DNA from: Reyranella sp. | Lineage (GTDB): Bacteria > Pseudomonadota > Alphaproteobacteria > Reyranellales > Reyranellaceae | DNA: 36,066 nt | Direction: 5' to 3' | Assembly (NCBI GenBank): GCA_035279245.1 | Contig: DATEID010000329.1 | Span: 1-36,066 of the forward strand | In this document: one piece after another, positions 1-9,377 of the stretch | Position numbering within the stretch: position 1 is the first letter of the stretch | Layout of the letters: each line of letters opens with the position of its first letter | Notes under the pieces: generated by a model | Databases searched by the model: none | What the model saw: the letters and a program-made list of their open reading frames with translations, nothing else | What the model was told of the DNA's origin: nothing | Position numbers and translations under genes: made by a program

Positions 1-251
1 TCCATGAAGGAAAGCCGACGGTCGAAGTTAGGGTCGGGCAAGCCGTACACGCAGGTGACCGCGTAGCCTACGATCGCGCCGAGCTCCGGATAGAGGCAGC
101 GGATGGAACTATCGGTGTACCAGTTCTCGGACCAGGGGTTATAGAGGCCGAGGCACAGCGGGTTCTTCGGATAGGTCGCCACCACGTTGGTGATGGTGGG
201 TGTGTCGATCGTACGCAGCTCGGCAAAAAGATCGTCGGTCATCAGGCGCAT
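1..251 (-). CDS. RraA / HMG-aldolase family protein, N-terminal part (runs off window edge)
   Basis: Manual translation from ATG 251 (alternative 242): MRLMTDDLFAELRTIDTPTITNVVATYPKNPLCLGLYNPWSENWYTDSSIRCLYPELGAIVGYAVT. The DTPTITN and 'PELGAIVGYAVT' segments are typical of RraA-like proteins. Purine-rich GGGGAA upstream. Not in the supplied ORF track. Confidence 0.75.
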   Translation of the reverse strand, partial: MRLMTDDLFAELRTIDTPTITNVVATYPKNPLCLGLYNPWSENWYTDSSIRCLYPELGAIVGYAVTCVYGLPDPNFDRRLSFM

Positions 252-327
252 TTCCCCGTCGGTTTCACTTCTCCTTCTACTGCAACGTCTGCCGCCTTGC
301 GCGCAAAAAGCTGGATCGCCGGCAGGC

Positions 328-411
328 CTGCAGACCGGACGGATCGCGCTCGACGGTCCCGCCGCCGAGCTGCGATCCGACCCGTGCATCCGCGACGCCT
401 ATCTGGGCGGC
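328..411 (+). pseudogene. Remnant of the C-terminus of a LivF-like branched-chain ABC ATPase
   Basis: Encodes LQTGRIALDGPAAELRSDPCIRDAYLGG, matching the LivF C-terminal pattern (LETGRIxxxGxAxELxxDPxVxxAYLG). No Walker motifs or credible start upstream. Confidence 0.7.
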
Positions 412-436
412 CGCGACAAGGTCCGAGACCCTCGAG

Positions 437-940
437 CTATCCGCCGTAGAAGACGTTGTCGCCGAGATCCTTCATCTCCAGGATCGCCGCATCGGGCCGG
501 CCTGTCGGCGGTTTGTGGAGATGGGCCTCCACGACCTCCCCGACCACGATGTGGTGGTCACCCTGCTCGACGATGCCGGTGACGCGGCATTCGACGGCAG
601 CCGGCGCATCGACCAGGATCGGCGCGCCGGTGGTGCCGGACCGATAGGCCTGGCCGCTGATCTTGCCGTCGCTCACGCTGGCCGGCTTGAAGAAGGTGAA
701 GGCAAGCCCCTTCTGGTCCTTGCCCAGCATGTTGAGGGCGAAGGTCTTGGCGGATTTCACGATCTGGTAGGCGCCCGAGTCGGTCTTGACGCCGACGACG
801 ACCAAGGGCGGCGCGAAGGCCGTCTGGGTCACCCAGTTCACGGTCGCCGCCGCGATCTTGTCCTTACCCTCGGCCGCCGTCAGGACATAGATCCCGTACG
901 GGATCATGCGCAGCACCGTCTTCTTGGCGTCGTTGTCCAT
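437..940 (-). CDS. Flavin reductase family protein (Flavin_Reduct / HpaC-DszD-like)
   Basis: LRMIPYGIYVLT, NWVTQTAFAPPLVVVGVK, TGAPIL, ECRV and GDHHIVVGEV motifs. SD GGAGG before ATG 940. Confidence 0.9.
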   Translation of the reverse strand: MDNDAKKTVLRMIPYGIYVLTAAEGKDKIAAATVNWVTQTAFAPPLVVVGVKTDSGAYQIVKSAKTFALNMLGKDQKGLAFTFFKPASVSDGKISGQAYRSGTTGAPILVDAPAAVECRVTGIVEQGDHHIVVGEVVEAHLHKPPTGRPDAAILEMKDLGDNVFYGG

Positions 941-1029
941 TCTTTCCTCCATGGCTCCAGTGCGAGTTATCGCAGGTTAACCGTCTTCCGTTGCCGACGC
1001 ATGCCCATGAGCTTCAAGCGCTCCCGCCG

Positions 1030-1049
1030 GGATTACCCCTCAAGAAGGG
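1030..1049 (+). promoter_or_regulatory. Putative NarL-like box (GGAT-TACCCCT-CA-AGAAGGG)
   Basis: TACCCCT at 1034-1040 fits the NarL heptamer TACYNMT. The same GGATTAC-type motif recurs upstream of other genes in the locus. Confidence 0.45.
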
Positions 1050-1142
1050 CCCTGCCGCTCCTTTTGAACGCAACCGCAGCGAAAGCATGCGCCTAACATG
1101 TCCTCGATCTTAGGCTTCGCGTCCGAAAGGGCGATATGTGAA

Positions 1143-2225
1143 ATGAATGTGCGTGCCGGCGACTGGGTCGAGGTGAGGAGCAAGGAGGAAATCCTCCGTA
1201 CCCTCGACAAGGCAGGCCGCCTGGACGGGCTGCCCTTCATGCCGCAGATGTTCAACTACTGCGGCCAACGCTTCCGTGTCCAGGCGAGTGCCTACAAGAC
1301 CTGCGATACGGTGAGCGGCGACTATGCCGGGCTCCATCTGCCGGATGCGGTGCATCTCGACATCCGGTGCGACGGGCTTACGCATGGCGGCTGCCAGGCG
1401 GGCTGCCTGATCTTCTGGAAGAATGCCTGGCTGAGGCCGATCGACGGCCGGAACGATGCGCGGACCGTGCGCCCATCGCGCGCCGACGATGCCTGCACCG
1501 AGGGCGATGTCGGACAAGCGGTGCAACGCCAAGGCGCCGACGGCGAAACGATATATTCCTGCCAGGCCACCGAATTGCTGAACTATACGAAGCCGCTCAA
1601 ATGGTGGGACGCGCGGCAATATGTCGAGGCCTATACCTCGGGCAACAGGACCCTGCCGCAAGTCGGTCGCGGGCTCTGGTATCTCCTCTACTACTACGGA
1701 ACGCTGTCGTTCAGCGATCGATGGGGCCGCCCGGCGCGTTGGCTATACAACAAGGTCCAGGCCATTACCGGGGGGATCCCGTTCCCGCGTACGAAGGGGA
1801 AGATTCCCACCGGACAGTTGACGCCCCGAAGCGATCTCGGCCTCAAGCCCGGCGACCTGGTGCGCGTCAAGAGTCACGAGGAGATCTTGGCGACCTTGGA
1901 TACGCGGCTCTACAACAGGGGCCTCTATTTCGACGCCGAGCTCGTGCCGTACTGCGGCAAGACCTTTCGCGTCGGCGGCTGCGTCGAGCGCTTCGTCGAC
2001 GAGCGCACCGGGCGCATGCGGCGGATGAAGACGCCCGCGGTCATTCTCGACGGCGTGATCTGCAAGTCGCTTTACAGCGGTCGCCGGATGTTCTGCCCGC
2101 GCGCGATCCATCTCTGGTGCCGCGAGATCTGGCTGGAACGCGTGTCGGTCGAGACATCTTCGCGCAAGCCCGAGCTCGTCCAGGCCGGTCGATGCGAGGC
2201 GGCGGACAGGGCGGCCGCGGACTAG
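1143..2225 (+). CDS. Hypothetical Cys-rich protein with two homologous SH3/KOW-like repeats
   Basis: Internal duplication GDWVEVRSKEEILRTLD..G.LDGLPF..QM..YCGQRFRV versus GDLVRVKSHEEILATLD....NRGLYF..EL..YCGKTFRV. Coding-like codon usage. Start 1143 preferred, 1098 possible. Confidence 0.8.
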   Translation: MNVRAGDWVEVRSKEEILRTLDKAGRLDGLPFMPQMFNYCGQRFRVQASAYKTCDTVSGDYAGLHLPDAVHLDIRCDGLTHGGCQAGCLIFWKNAWLRPIDGRNDARTVRPSRADDACTEGDVGQAVQRQGADGETIYSCQATELLNYTKPLKWWDARQYVEAYTSGNRTLPQVGRGLWYLLYYYGTLSFSDRWGRPARWLYNKVQAITGGIPFPRTKGKIPTGQLTPRSDLGLKPGDLVRVKSHEEILATLDTRLYNRGLYFDAELVPYCGKTFRVGGCVERFVDERTGRMRRMKTPAVILDGVICKSLYSGRRMFCPRAIHLWCREIWLERVSVETSSRKPELVQAGRCEAADRAAAD

Positions 2226-2230
2226 ACTCA

Positions 2231-3031
2231 ATGACGCTTGCCAAATCGGAAATGGGGTTCCAGGCGTTGAACCCGCCGCGTTCGATCGACGTGCTCGGCA
2301 CGTCCGTCGCCTGTGCGACCTATGACAGCGCCCTCCAAAGCATCAAGGCGCTTGCGCGGCAAGGCAGGCCGACGGCGATCTGTCCTGCCAATACGCACAT
2401 CGTTGCCGAGGCGAGACACGATCCGTCATTCAGAAAGACCATCAGCCGCTTCGATCTGGTTCTACCCGACGGCATGCCGATCGTCTGGGCGCTGAACGCG
2501 AGCGGCGCGCAGCTTCGGGATCGTGTCTATGGTCCCTACTTGATGCGGCATGTCGTGCGAAATACGCCTCGGCCGTGGCGGCATTTTCTGTTCGGCGATA
2601 CCGAGGCGTGCCTGCTCGGCTTGCGTCAGGCACTGACCCGCCTTCAGCCAGATATCGACATCGTCGGAATGCTGAGTCCTCCATTCCGGGCCTGGACGGA
2701 GGCAGACGAGCAAGGCTTCGCCGACGCCATAAACGCCGCCCGGCCCGATTTCGTCTGGGTGGCGCTGCCGGGCGTGCGTATGGAACGCTGGATCATCGAC
2801 AATCAGCGACGCTACCGGCGCGGCGCCTTCCTGGCCGTCGGCGATGCCTTCACCTTGCTCAGCGGCCGACAGCGGTTCGCTCCCAAGTGGATGCAGCGGC
2901 TGGCGCTGACCTGGTTCTATCGCCTTTGCAGCGATCCGCGCCGCCTGGGGCCGCGCTACCTGCGGTACAATTCGCTGTTTGTCCTTTACATGATCGAGGC
3001 TCGCTTGAAGCGCTGGCTGGGTCGGAGATAG
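2231..3031 (+). CDS. WecB/TagA/CpsF family glycosyltransferase (GT26)
   Basis: LVLPDGMPIVWA, RVYGPYLM, SPPFR, PDFVWVALPG and APKWMQRLALTWFYRL..DPRRL..RY motifs. True start at 2231 within the 1367-3031 ORF. Confidence 0.92.
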   Translation: MTLAKSEMGFQALNPPRSIDVLGTSVACATYDSALQSIKALARQGRPTAICPANTHIVAEARHDPSFRKTISRFDLVLPDGMPIVWALNASGAQLRDRVYGPYLMRHVVRNTPRPWRHFLFGDTEACLLGLRQALTRLQPDIDIVGMLSPPFRAWTEADEQGFADAINAARPDFVWVALPGVRMERWIIDNQRRYRRGAFLAVGDAFTLLSGRQRFAPKWMQRLALTWFYRLCSDPRRLGPRYLRYNSLFVLYMIEARLKRWLGRR

Positions 3032-3044
3032 CCGGCAAGGACTC

Positions 3045-4499
3045 TCAGAAGAAGACCAGTTGGCCGTCGCGTTCGAGGCCCTTGCGCCGGAAGCCGTCCC
3101 AGTCGGTCACGTCCCGTCCCCAGACGAAACGTCCCGGCCCGCTGCCGCGACGAACACGATAGGTGTTCCCGTCGAACAGGTTGTTGCCCTTCGCAATAAT
3201 GTCGAAATTCGCGTCGCCGGGCTGGGTGTCCGAGACGCCGCCGGCGCAGGGCGCGCCGTCGAACGTCATTTCGTTGCCATGCACGATATTGTTCTGGGTC
3301 TTGTATTCGATGCCGCTGTCGGACCGGCGTCCCTGATCGATCAGGACGATCCCGCAGCCACCCGCGTCGACCGTCACCTTGTTCCCCGTTACCTCGACAT
3401 CCTGGGATGCCGCGACGTCGATGTCCGCGCCCCAGTACCAGCTCCTCTTCCCGCTCCCATTGTGCCGCACCACGTTGTTGCGGATGACTGCGCGGAACGA
3501 GATCTCGTGGTGGATGCCCATATAGCGGTTGTTCTCGATGAGATTGTCCTCGTAGAGCACGTTGCGGCAGTCGATGTCGCACCATAGCCCGGGGCCGTTG
3601 TTGCCATAAACATGGTTGCCGCGGAACGTGATGCCGTCCCCCTCGGCGAGCTTGACGCCGCCCGCCTCCCAGTCCGGCTCGAAGCCATAGATGTTGTTCG
3701 ACCAGATGCGGTTCTGTTCGACGACCATGTCGTTGCCGTTGCCGCCGACCCCCATTTGGCCATTGTCGTGTATATCGCAATTCCGAAGACGACTGCCCGT
3801 CCCGACGCTGACGCCGGTGGCGCTGTTCAGGCGCACCTCGCAGTTCTCGATACGCCAACCGGTGCCCTCGCGCGCATCGATCGCGCCGTCTTGCGCAGAA
3901 TTGCCGTACTTCTCCACCACCAGATTGTCGATCGACACGCCCGCGGCCACGCTCTTGAAGGCAAACACCGCTGCCGTTGCCTCGACGGTCCGGCCGGTCG
4001 GATCATCGGCGAGATAGATCTTTCCGCCCCCATAGTCGATGTAGAATTGGCCCTGCGTCACGGCGCGCCGGCTTTGCGCCTTGACCAAGGGACGATTGTC
4101 GATGAACAGCGTCTGGGGCCGGTCGCAGGTCGGTGCGCTCGGCAGACATTCGCCATGCTGCCGGCCGGGCTGGAAGGGATTGGCGGCCACCCAATAGCGC
4201 CCCTCGCGTCGAAAGCCCGTCACCAGATTGCTGCCGTTCAGCACGGCATGGCCCTCGCCGACAAAGCGCTGTCTCGCCCGAGGCCGGACTGCCTGCGCTC
4301 GATAGATCCCGTCCTTGAGGCAGAAGACAGCACCATCGCCGGCACGGTCGACGGCCGCCTGGATCGAAGCACCGGGTTCGATGGCGACCGCCCCAGCCGG
4401 ACAGGACCTCTCGTCCATCCAGGCCAGGGCCTTTCCGTTGGCAAGCGCCAGGGCGAACGTCATCGACACCGCGAACAGTACGGTAGGCCGCGCCATCAT
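3045..4499 (-). CDS. Exported right-handed parallel beta-helix protein (pectin-lyase fold)
   Basis: Signal-peptide-like N-terminus MMARPTVLFAVSMTFALALANGKALA. Repeated Asn-rich rungs (NCDIHDNGQMG, NRIWSNN, NHVYGNNGPGLWCD). ATGA overlap with the upstream gene at 4496-4499. Confidence 0.85.
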   Translation of the reverse strand: MMARPTVLFAVSMTFALALANGKALAWMDERSCPAGAVAIEPGASIQAAVDRAGDGAVFCLKDGIYRAQAVRPRARQRFVGEGHAVLNGSNLVTGFRREGRYWVAANPFQPGRQHGECLPSAPTCDRPQTLFIDNRPLVKAQSRRAVTQGQFYIDYGGGKIYLADDPTGRTVEATAAVFAFKSVAAGVSIDNLVVEKYGNSAQDGAIDAREGTGWRIENCEVRLNSATGVSVGTGSRLRNCDIHDNGQMGVGGNGNDMVVEQNRIWSNNIYGFEPDWEAGGVKLAEGDGITFRGNHVYGNNGPGLWCDIDCRNVLYEDNLIENNRYMGIHHEISFRAVIRNNVVRHNGSGKRSWYWGADIDVAASQDVEVTGNKVTVDAGGCGIVLIDQGRRSDSGIEYKTQNNIVHGNEMTFDGAPCAGGVSDTQPGDANFDIIAKGNNLFDGNTYRVRRGSGPGRFVWGRDVTDWDGFRRKGLERDGQLVFF

Positions 4500-5866
4500 T
4501 CGATCGGCTCCCCTTCGTCCGAGGGCACCTGGGAGCGGTAGACCATCGTCGATCCGATACCGAAGCCGATGAGGCACCAGAACCAAATGCCCTGCATCGG
4601 CCCTTCGATCACCACGTCGAAGGAGGCATTGATGATGATGGACAAGACATAGCAGCCAATGAACAGAAACAGCCCGGCCCACTGCTGGTGTCCCCGGGAT
4701 CGGGCGGCGAGGATCGCCTTCAGCATCATGACGCTCCAGGACACGAGCAGCAGCAGCCAGAGCGCGAGGCCCGGCACGCCCGTCCTGGCCAGCATGTTCA
4801 GGTGCACGCTATGCGGGCTGCGTGATGCCGGCGGGGGGCGAGGATCGCTCGGATCGGCCGGCGTCTCGAAGCCGTCGGCCGTCGCCAGGTCGAGGCCGAA
4901 GCCGCGGCCGAGCCAGAAGTTGGAGCCGCGGAACGTCTTCTCGATGATGACGTCCCACCAGTCGAGCCGCCACTGCTTTGTTCCCCTCGCTTGCTCTCCG
5001 CCTTCACCGAAGATGCCCTTGATATTGTCGACGACCTGATGCGCGCTCACCGGGCGCTTTTCCGAGTCCTCGGCCTCGTGGAAATGCGTGTAGCTCGCCT
5101 CCAGCATGTAGGCGACGCCGAGCAAGGCGACCGCGGCAGTTGCCGCCGTCAGCATGAGACGCCACCGGCCGAGCACCACCATCGCCAGGACGACGGGCAC
5201 GAAGACGGAAAGCAGGGCGCCGCGATTGATCGTGCCGATGAGTGCGAACAGGCCGAGCCATGTGAGGAGCCAGAAGGGAGAAACCTTTCGGTAGCCGATC
5301 AGGACAAAGACGGCGGCTCCCGCCAAATGCATGCCCACGGCGGTTGCCTGAACATCGAGAATGGGAATGTTTGGCCCATAAAAGCTCGGAATATCGTCCT
5401 GCCAGAATCGCACGGCCGCATATACGGCGAGCATCACGGGGAACGTCCCGATGAAGAAGCTGTAGTAGCGGAGCACGGCGTCGATCCGGCGCGCGTCCTC
5501 GAGCAGAAGCGCGATGACGATGAAGGCGAAGCCGCCGTAGAGCACGAGGACACTGTCGCGGAGCGCATCGATACCGTAGATGTTCAGAAACGGCACCATG
5601 CGAGCCACGCCCCAAAGCATCAACGCGGCGAGAACGAGACTTGGCAGCGACGCGAGCGTGGCGAGGCATGCGCCGGACCTGGCAAAGGCAAGGATGCCGA
5701 TGAGGTACGCGAGTTCTCCGATATAGAGGGGCGGCACGCCGATATAGGCGAAGCCCTTGCCCATCAGGGCATAGCCCAGCAGGACGATGGCGAGCAGCAT
5801 CAGATACCGATCGCCGACCGCCGACACTCGCGGTGCCCCGTATTCGACTGCGCTCAACATGGTCAT
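4496..5866 (-). CDS. O-antigen ligase / Wzy-family polysaccharide polymerase
   Basis: Multiple hydrophobic segments, periplasmic loop with WRLDWW, LGRGFG and SPHSVHLNMLARTGVPG (Wzy_C His motif). ATGA overlap with wzx at 5863-5866. Confidence 0.85.
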   Translation of the reverse strand: MTMLSAVEYGAPRVSAVGDRYLMLLAIVLLGYALMGKGFAYIGVPPLYIGELAYLIGILAFARSGACLATLASLPSLVLAALMLWGVARMVPFLNIYGIDALRDSVLVLYGGFAFIVIALLLEDARRIDAVLRYYSFFIGTFPVMLAVYAAVRFWQDDIPSFYGPNIPILDVQATAVGMHLAGAAVFVLIGYRKVSPFWLLTWLGLFALIGTINRGALLSVFVPVVLAMVVLGRWRLMLTAATAAVALLGVAYMLEASYTHFHEAEDSEKRPVSAHQVVDNIKGIFGEGGEQARGTKQWRLDWWDVIIEKTFRGSNFWLGRGFGLDLATADGFETPADPSDPRPPPASRSPHSVHLNMLARTGVPGLALWLLLLVSWSVMMLKAILAARSRGHQQWAGLFLFIGCYVLSIIINASFDVVIEGPMQGIWFWCLIGFGIGSTMVYRSQVPSDEGEPIE

Positions 5867-7293
5867 CCTGGCCGCAAGGCCTCCCTGTCGTCGCTTCGGC
5901 CCTCTTTGATCGCACGGGATTTGTCGAGACGGACCAGCCAGGCCATCGAGGCGGCAGCGCAGACCATCCGCACCAGGCTGGCCGCCAGCAGAGCGAGACA
6001 GGCACCCACCACGCCCAACGGCCCGATGAGGAGCAAGGCCAGCGCCAGCACGGTCGCCGCCGCGGCGACATTCACGAAGAAGGCAAGCTTGCCGGCCTGA
6101 ACGCCGAGCAGGGTCTTGCTGATCATCTCGGCGACATAGTCGAGGACGCCCGCAAGCATGAGAAGCTGCAGGCAAAGCGCGACCGCAAGGTAGGGCGACG
6201 AGGGTCCATAGGCCATCCGCAGGAGGGAGTGCGGCAGCACGACCCCGGCGAAGCATATGACCAGGATCGGCGCCAGGCCGAAGAGCAGATAGCCATATGC
6301 CGCCCGGATCGCGCCCCGGACGCCGGCCGAGCGATGCGCATGGGCGGCGATCTGGGGGACCGCGTTTCCCATGCCCAGGACGACCGGGTTCATCATGTTG
6401 GCGATATTGAAGCTCGCCTGGAGCGATGCCGTCGACGCAGTGCCCGACAGGGTGGCCAACAGCCAGGGAAGGAACTGCACGCGGAGCAACTGGAGCAGGT
6501 AGACGACGAGCGACCACTTGCCGACCGAGAAGTACTCGAAGGGCAGCCGCCTCGCGCCGTCGAATCTCGGCCAGGCAATGCGCAGCTTCGAGGCGTGCAC
6601 GATTGCGCCGAGGGCGAAAGCCGCCGCCATGGCGTAGAGAGTGGTCGACAGCGTGACCGTGGTGAGCCGCAGCAGCACCATGAGCAGGATCGGCTGGCCG
6701 ACGTAGGCAACGGCGTCGCCGGGCACTGCCTCGCGATATCGGAATTCAGCCAGCAGGCAGCGCCGCGCCGTTTCCTGGCCCTGCCAGCAGAGGTAGCAAA
6801 GGCAGGCCGGGACCAGGAGATCGGCGGCACCGAGCAAGGTGACCCCGAGCCCCATGACCGCGAGCAGAACGACGCTGAGCGCCGCCGCAAGCAGGACCGT
6901 GAAGCCGAGCAACCCCGCACGCTCGTGCTCCTTGGCGACCGGCAGACGCAGCGACAGCGGATAGGAGATCATCGAATAGTCCACCGTCCGCAGAACGAAG
7001 ATGGCTCCGAGAAAGAGCGCAAACCTTCCGTAGTCGTGCTGGCCGAGCGCGCGGGCGAGCAGCACGTTGAGCAGGAAGTTGCCGGCGCTTACGGTGCACT
7101 GATCGAAGAGCGTCCAGGAGGCGCGGTCGACGACCCGCTTGACGCTCAGCGACATACCCCTGACGACCCTCGCCCCCGACCAGGCCGCGCGGCGTCCGAC
7201 CCCAGCGCGTCCTGGATGGGCATCAGCGTCTCCTCCCGCTTGCCGCAAGACACGCGCGCTCTGTTGCTCCTCGTCGAACTTGAGGATGCTCAT
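5863..7293 (-). CDS. Wzx-like polysaccharide flippase
   Basis: WTLFDQCTVSAGNFLLNVLLARALGQHDYGRFAL N-terminal signature and roughly 12 hydrophobic segments. Start 7293 or 7155. Confidence 0.85.
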   Translation of the reverse strand: MSILKFDEEQQSARVLRQAGGDADAHPGRAGVGRRAAWSGARVVRGMSLSVKRVVDRASWTLFDQCTVSAGNFLLNVLLARALGQHDYGRFALFLGAIFVLRTVDYSMISYPLSLRLPVAKEHERAGLLGFTVLLAAALSVVLLAVMGLGVTLLGAADLLVPACLCYLCWQGQETARRCLLAEFRYREAVPGDAVAYVGQPILLMVLLRLTTVTLSTTLYAMAAAFALGAIVHASKLRIAWPRFDGARRLPFEYFSVGKWSLVVYLLQLLRVQFLPWLLATLSGTASTASLQASFNIANMMNPVVLGMGNAVPQIAAHAHRSAGVRGAIRAAYGYLLFGLAPILVICFAGVVLPHSLLRMAYGPSSPYLAVALCLQLLMLAGVLDYVAEMISKTLLGVQAGKLAFFVNVAAAATVLALALLLIGPLGVVGACLALLAASLVRMVCAAASMAWLVRLDKSRAIKEGRSDDREALRPG

Positions 7294-7360
7294 TTCATCT
7301 GAATACCTTGATCAGAGCGGAGAGCGGACGGCGCTTTGGACGGCCACCCACACTCAAGTC

Positions 7361-7433
7361 GGATTAACCCTAAAGAGGCACCGATACGCCGCGCGGAGAT
7401 CGACGATCCTTCCTCCTCCAGTGGGAGTAACCT
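7361..7433. promoter_or_regulatory. Two NarL-like 7-2-7 boxes in the divergent wzx/GT2 promoter region
   Basis: TAACCCT-AA-AGAGGCA (7365-7380) preceded by GGAT, and TCCTCCA-GT-GGGAGTA (7414-7429; reads AGGTTACTCCC on the minus strand). Confidence 0.5.
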
Positions 7434-7537
7434 CGGGGGTTCGTTGACTTCACAGGACCGCACCGACACGCTTCCCTTCATCTGGCCTGGTGACACGTGA
7501 TCCCGCGTGAGCAGATCAAAGGCGGAATGGGAAGGGA

Positions 7538-8560
7538 ATGGCTCGCTCGCCCCGAAAGCCTGTGCCGAAGTTGTCGATTGGGCTGCCGGTCTACAATGGC
7601 GAGCAGCTCTTGCCCCAGACGCTCGACCATCTGCTGGCCCAGACATTCAAGGACTTCGAGCTCGTCATCTGCGACAACGCGTCGACCGACCACACTTCGC
7701 AAATCTGTCGTGACTATGCCGGCCGCGATGTCCGCATCCGCTATGTCCGCAACGACAGGAACCTCGGCGCAAACCCCAACTACAACCGGACCTACGAGTT
7801 GTCGGCGGCGCCTTTGTTCAAATGGGCCGCCCACGACGACCTCTATCAAAGGACCTATCTCGAAAACTGCGTTCGGATACTCGACAACGACCCGACGGTC
7901 GTCCTGGCCCATAGCGGAACGGCGTTCATCGGCAACGATGGGGAGCCGTTCATTTTCGAGCCCGACACCGGAACGTACATCGATCCGGAGACCGGAGCCC
8001 GACACAGGCCGGACAGCCATACCATCGGCGACAGCGCTGTCGCCGTCGAACGTTTCAGGCAGGTGTTGTTCCAGGCGCGATGGGGAAGCCATATGTATGG
8101 CGTCGTCCGGCGCGAGGTCCTGGCCCGAACGCAGCTTCTGCTCAACTTTGCCAGCAGCGATCGCACCATGCTTGCCGAGCTCGCGTTGCTTGGCCGATTC
8201 CGATCGGTGCCCGAACGCCTTTACCTCAGGCGAGTCCATGCCGGCTCATCGTGGGCGCTCGGCTACCACGAGATAAAGAAGTACCTGAGCACGGACGGAC
8301 AGGCCTATTCGCGACGGGCCCGCCAGATCAAGGCCTTCTTCGGCGCGCCCGCCGGCAAGCCGGTGGGGATGATGACCAAGTCGATGTGCACCGCTCTGGT
8401 CGGCGGCCTTTGCGTCAGGGCGGCGACGGACGCCCTGACCGGTCACGATGTGCGCAAAGGCAAGCCCGATCGGGCATGGCGTGGAAAGCCCGCGATGTGT
8501 GCGCAAGGCAACTCAGCTGCCGACAGGGCACGGTCCGCCTTGTCCGAAGGACGGTATTGA
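7538..8560 (+). CDS. Family 2 glycosyltransferase
   Basis: LSIGLPVYNGE, ELVICDNASTD, RNLGANPNYN and FKWAAHDD motifs. Confidence 0.93.
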   Translation: MARSPRKPVPKLSIGLPVYNGEQLLPQTLDHLLAQTFKDFELVICDNASTDHTSQICRDYAGRDVRIRYVRNDRNLGANPNYNRTYELSAAPLFKWAAHDDLYQRTYLENCVRILDNDPTVVLAHSGTAFIGNDGEPFIFEPDTGTYIDPETGARHRPDSHTIGDSAVAVERFRQVLFQARWGSHMYGVVRREVLARTQLLLNFASSDRTMLAELALLGRFRSVPERLYLRRVHAGSSWALGYHEIKKYLSTDGQAYSRRARQIKAFFGAPAGKPVGMMTKSMCTALVGGLCVRAATDALTGHDVRKGKPDRAWRGKPAMCAQGNSAADRARSALSEGRY

Positions 8561-8561
8561 G

Positions 8562-9377
8562 ATGAAGACGATCCTATTCTGCGGCGGTCTCGGCACCCGT
8601 ATTAGGGACGTCGCCGAAAGCATACCGAAGCCGATGATCCCGATCGGTGACAAGCCGATCCTGTGGCATCTGATGCATTACTACAGCCAGTTCGGCCACA
8701 AGGACTTCGTCCTGTGCCTCGGCTACAAGGCCAACGTCATCAAGGAATTCTTCCTGAACCACAAGCCGCAGACCTACGCCGATTGCGTGGTCACCGGCTT
8801 CGGCAAGAACGTGGAGATCCTGGGCGACCCGCAACAGGACTGGCGCATCGCCATGATCGACACCGGGATCTGGCGCAACATCGGTCAGAGGCTGTGGGCC
8901 GTGCGCGAGCACGTCGCGGGCGAGGAGATGTTTTACGCCAACTACAGCGACGGTCTTTGCGACGTCAATCTGGACGAGATGACCGAGACCTTCCGTGCGA
9001 GCGGCAAGCTCGCCTGCTTCATCGCCGTCCGGCCGTCGTTCAGCCTGCATCTGGTCGACATGCGGCCAAGCGGGAAGGTTCAGCGCATTCGCGCCAGCCA
9101 GGACGCCAATCTCTGGATCAACGGCGGCTTCTTCATCTTCCGGTCGGCCATCTTCGATTACATGCAGGATGGCGAGGAGTTGGTCGAGACGCCGTTCCAA
9201 AGGCTCATCGATGCCGATCAGCTGATGGCCTTCAGGCATGAAGGATTCTGGCGCCCCATGGACACGCTGAAGGACAAACAGGTGCTCGAGGATCTGGTCG
9301 ACAAGGGCACGATGCCCTGGCGGCTCAATGGCCCGCTCGGAGCACCACTGGGCGGCGCGGAAAGGAAGGCGGGATGA
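8562..9377 (+). CDS. rfbF: Glucose-1-phosphate cytidylyltransferase-like nucleotidyltransferase
   Basis: MKTILFCGGLGTRI...PKPMIPIG, LCLGYK, NYSDGL, WINGGFF and FWRPMDTLKDK. Start ATG 8562. Confidence 0.88.
   Translation: MKTILFCGGLGTRIRDVAESIPKPMIPIGDKPILWHLMHYYSQFGHKDFVLCLGYKANVIKEFFLNHKPQTYADCVVTGFGKNVEILGDPQQDWRIAMIDTGIWRNIGQRLWAVREHVAGEEMFYANYSDGLCDVNLDEMTETFRASGKLACFIAVRPSFSLHLVDMRPSGKVQRIRASQDANLWINGGFFIFRSAIFDYMQDGEELVETPFQRLIDADQLMAFRHEGFWRPMDTLKDKQVLEDLVDKGTMPWRLNGPLGAPLGGAERKAG

Noticed and set aside
1367-2230. Apparent long N-terminal extensions of WecB (1367), Wzy (6517), RfbC (10411) and TldD (32638)
   Set aside because: They are alternative-frame overlaps of upstream genes. 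Family homology begins at the downstream starts, so they are not fusions.
5833-7302. 489-aa plus-strand ORF, and similar long antisense ORFs (18135-19454, 21002-22177, 22684-23985, 27086-28465, 32827-34128)
   Set aside because: Each mirrors a well-supported gene on the other strand and has Arg/His/Gly-rich non-protein-like composition.
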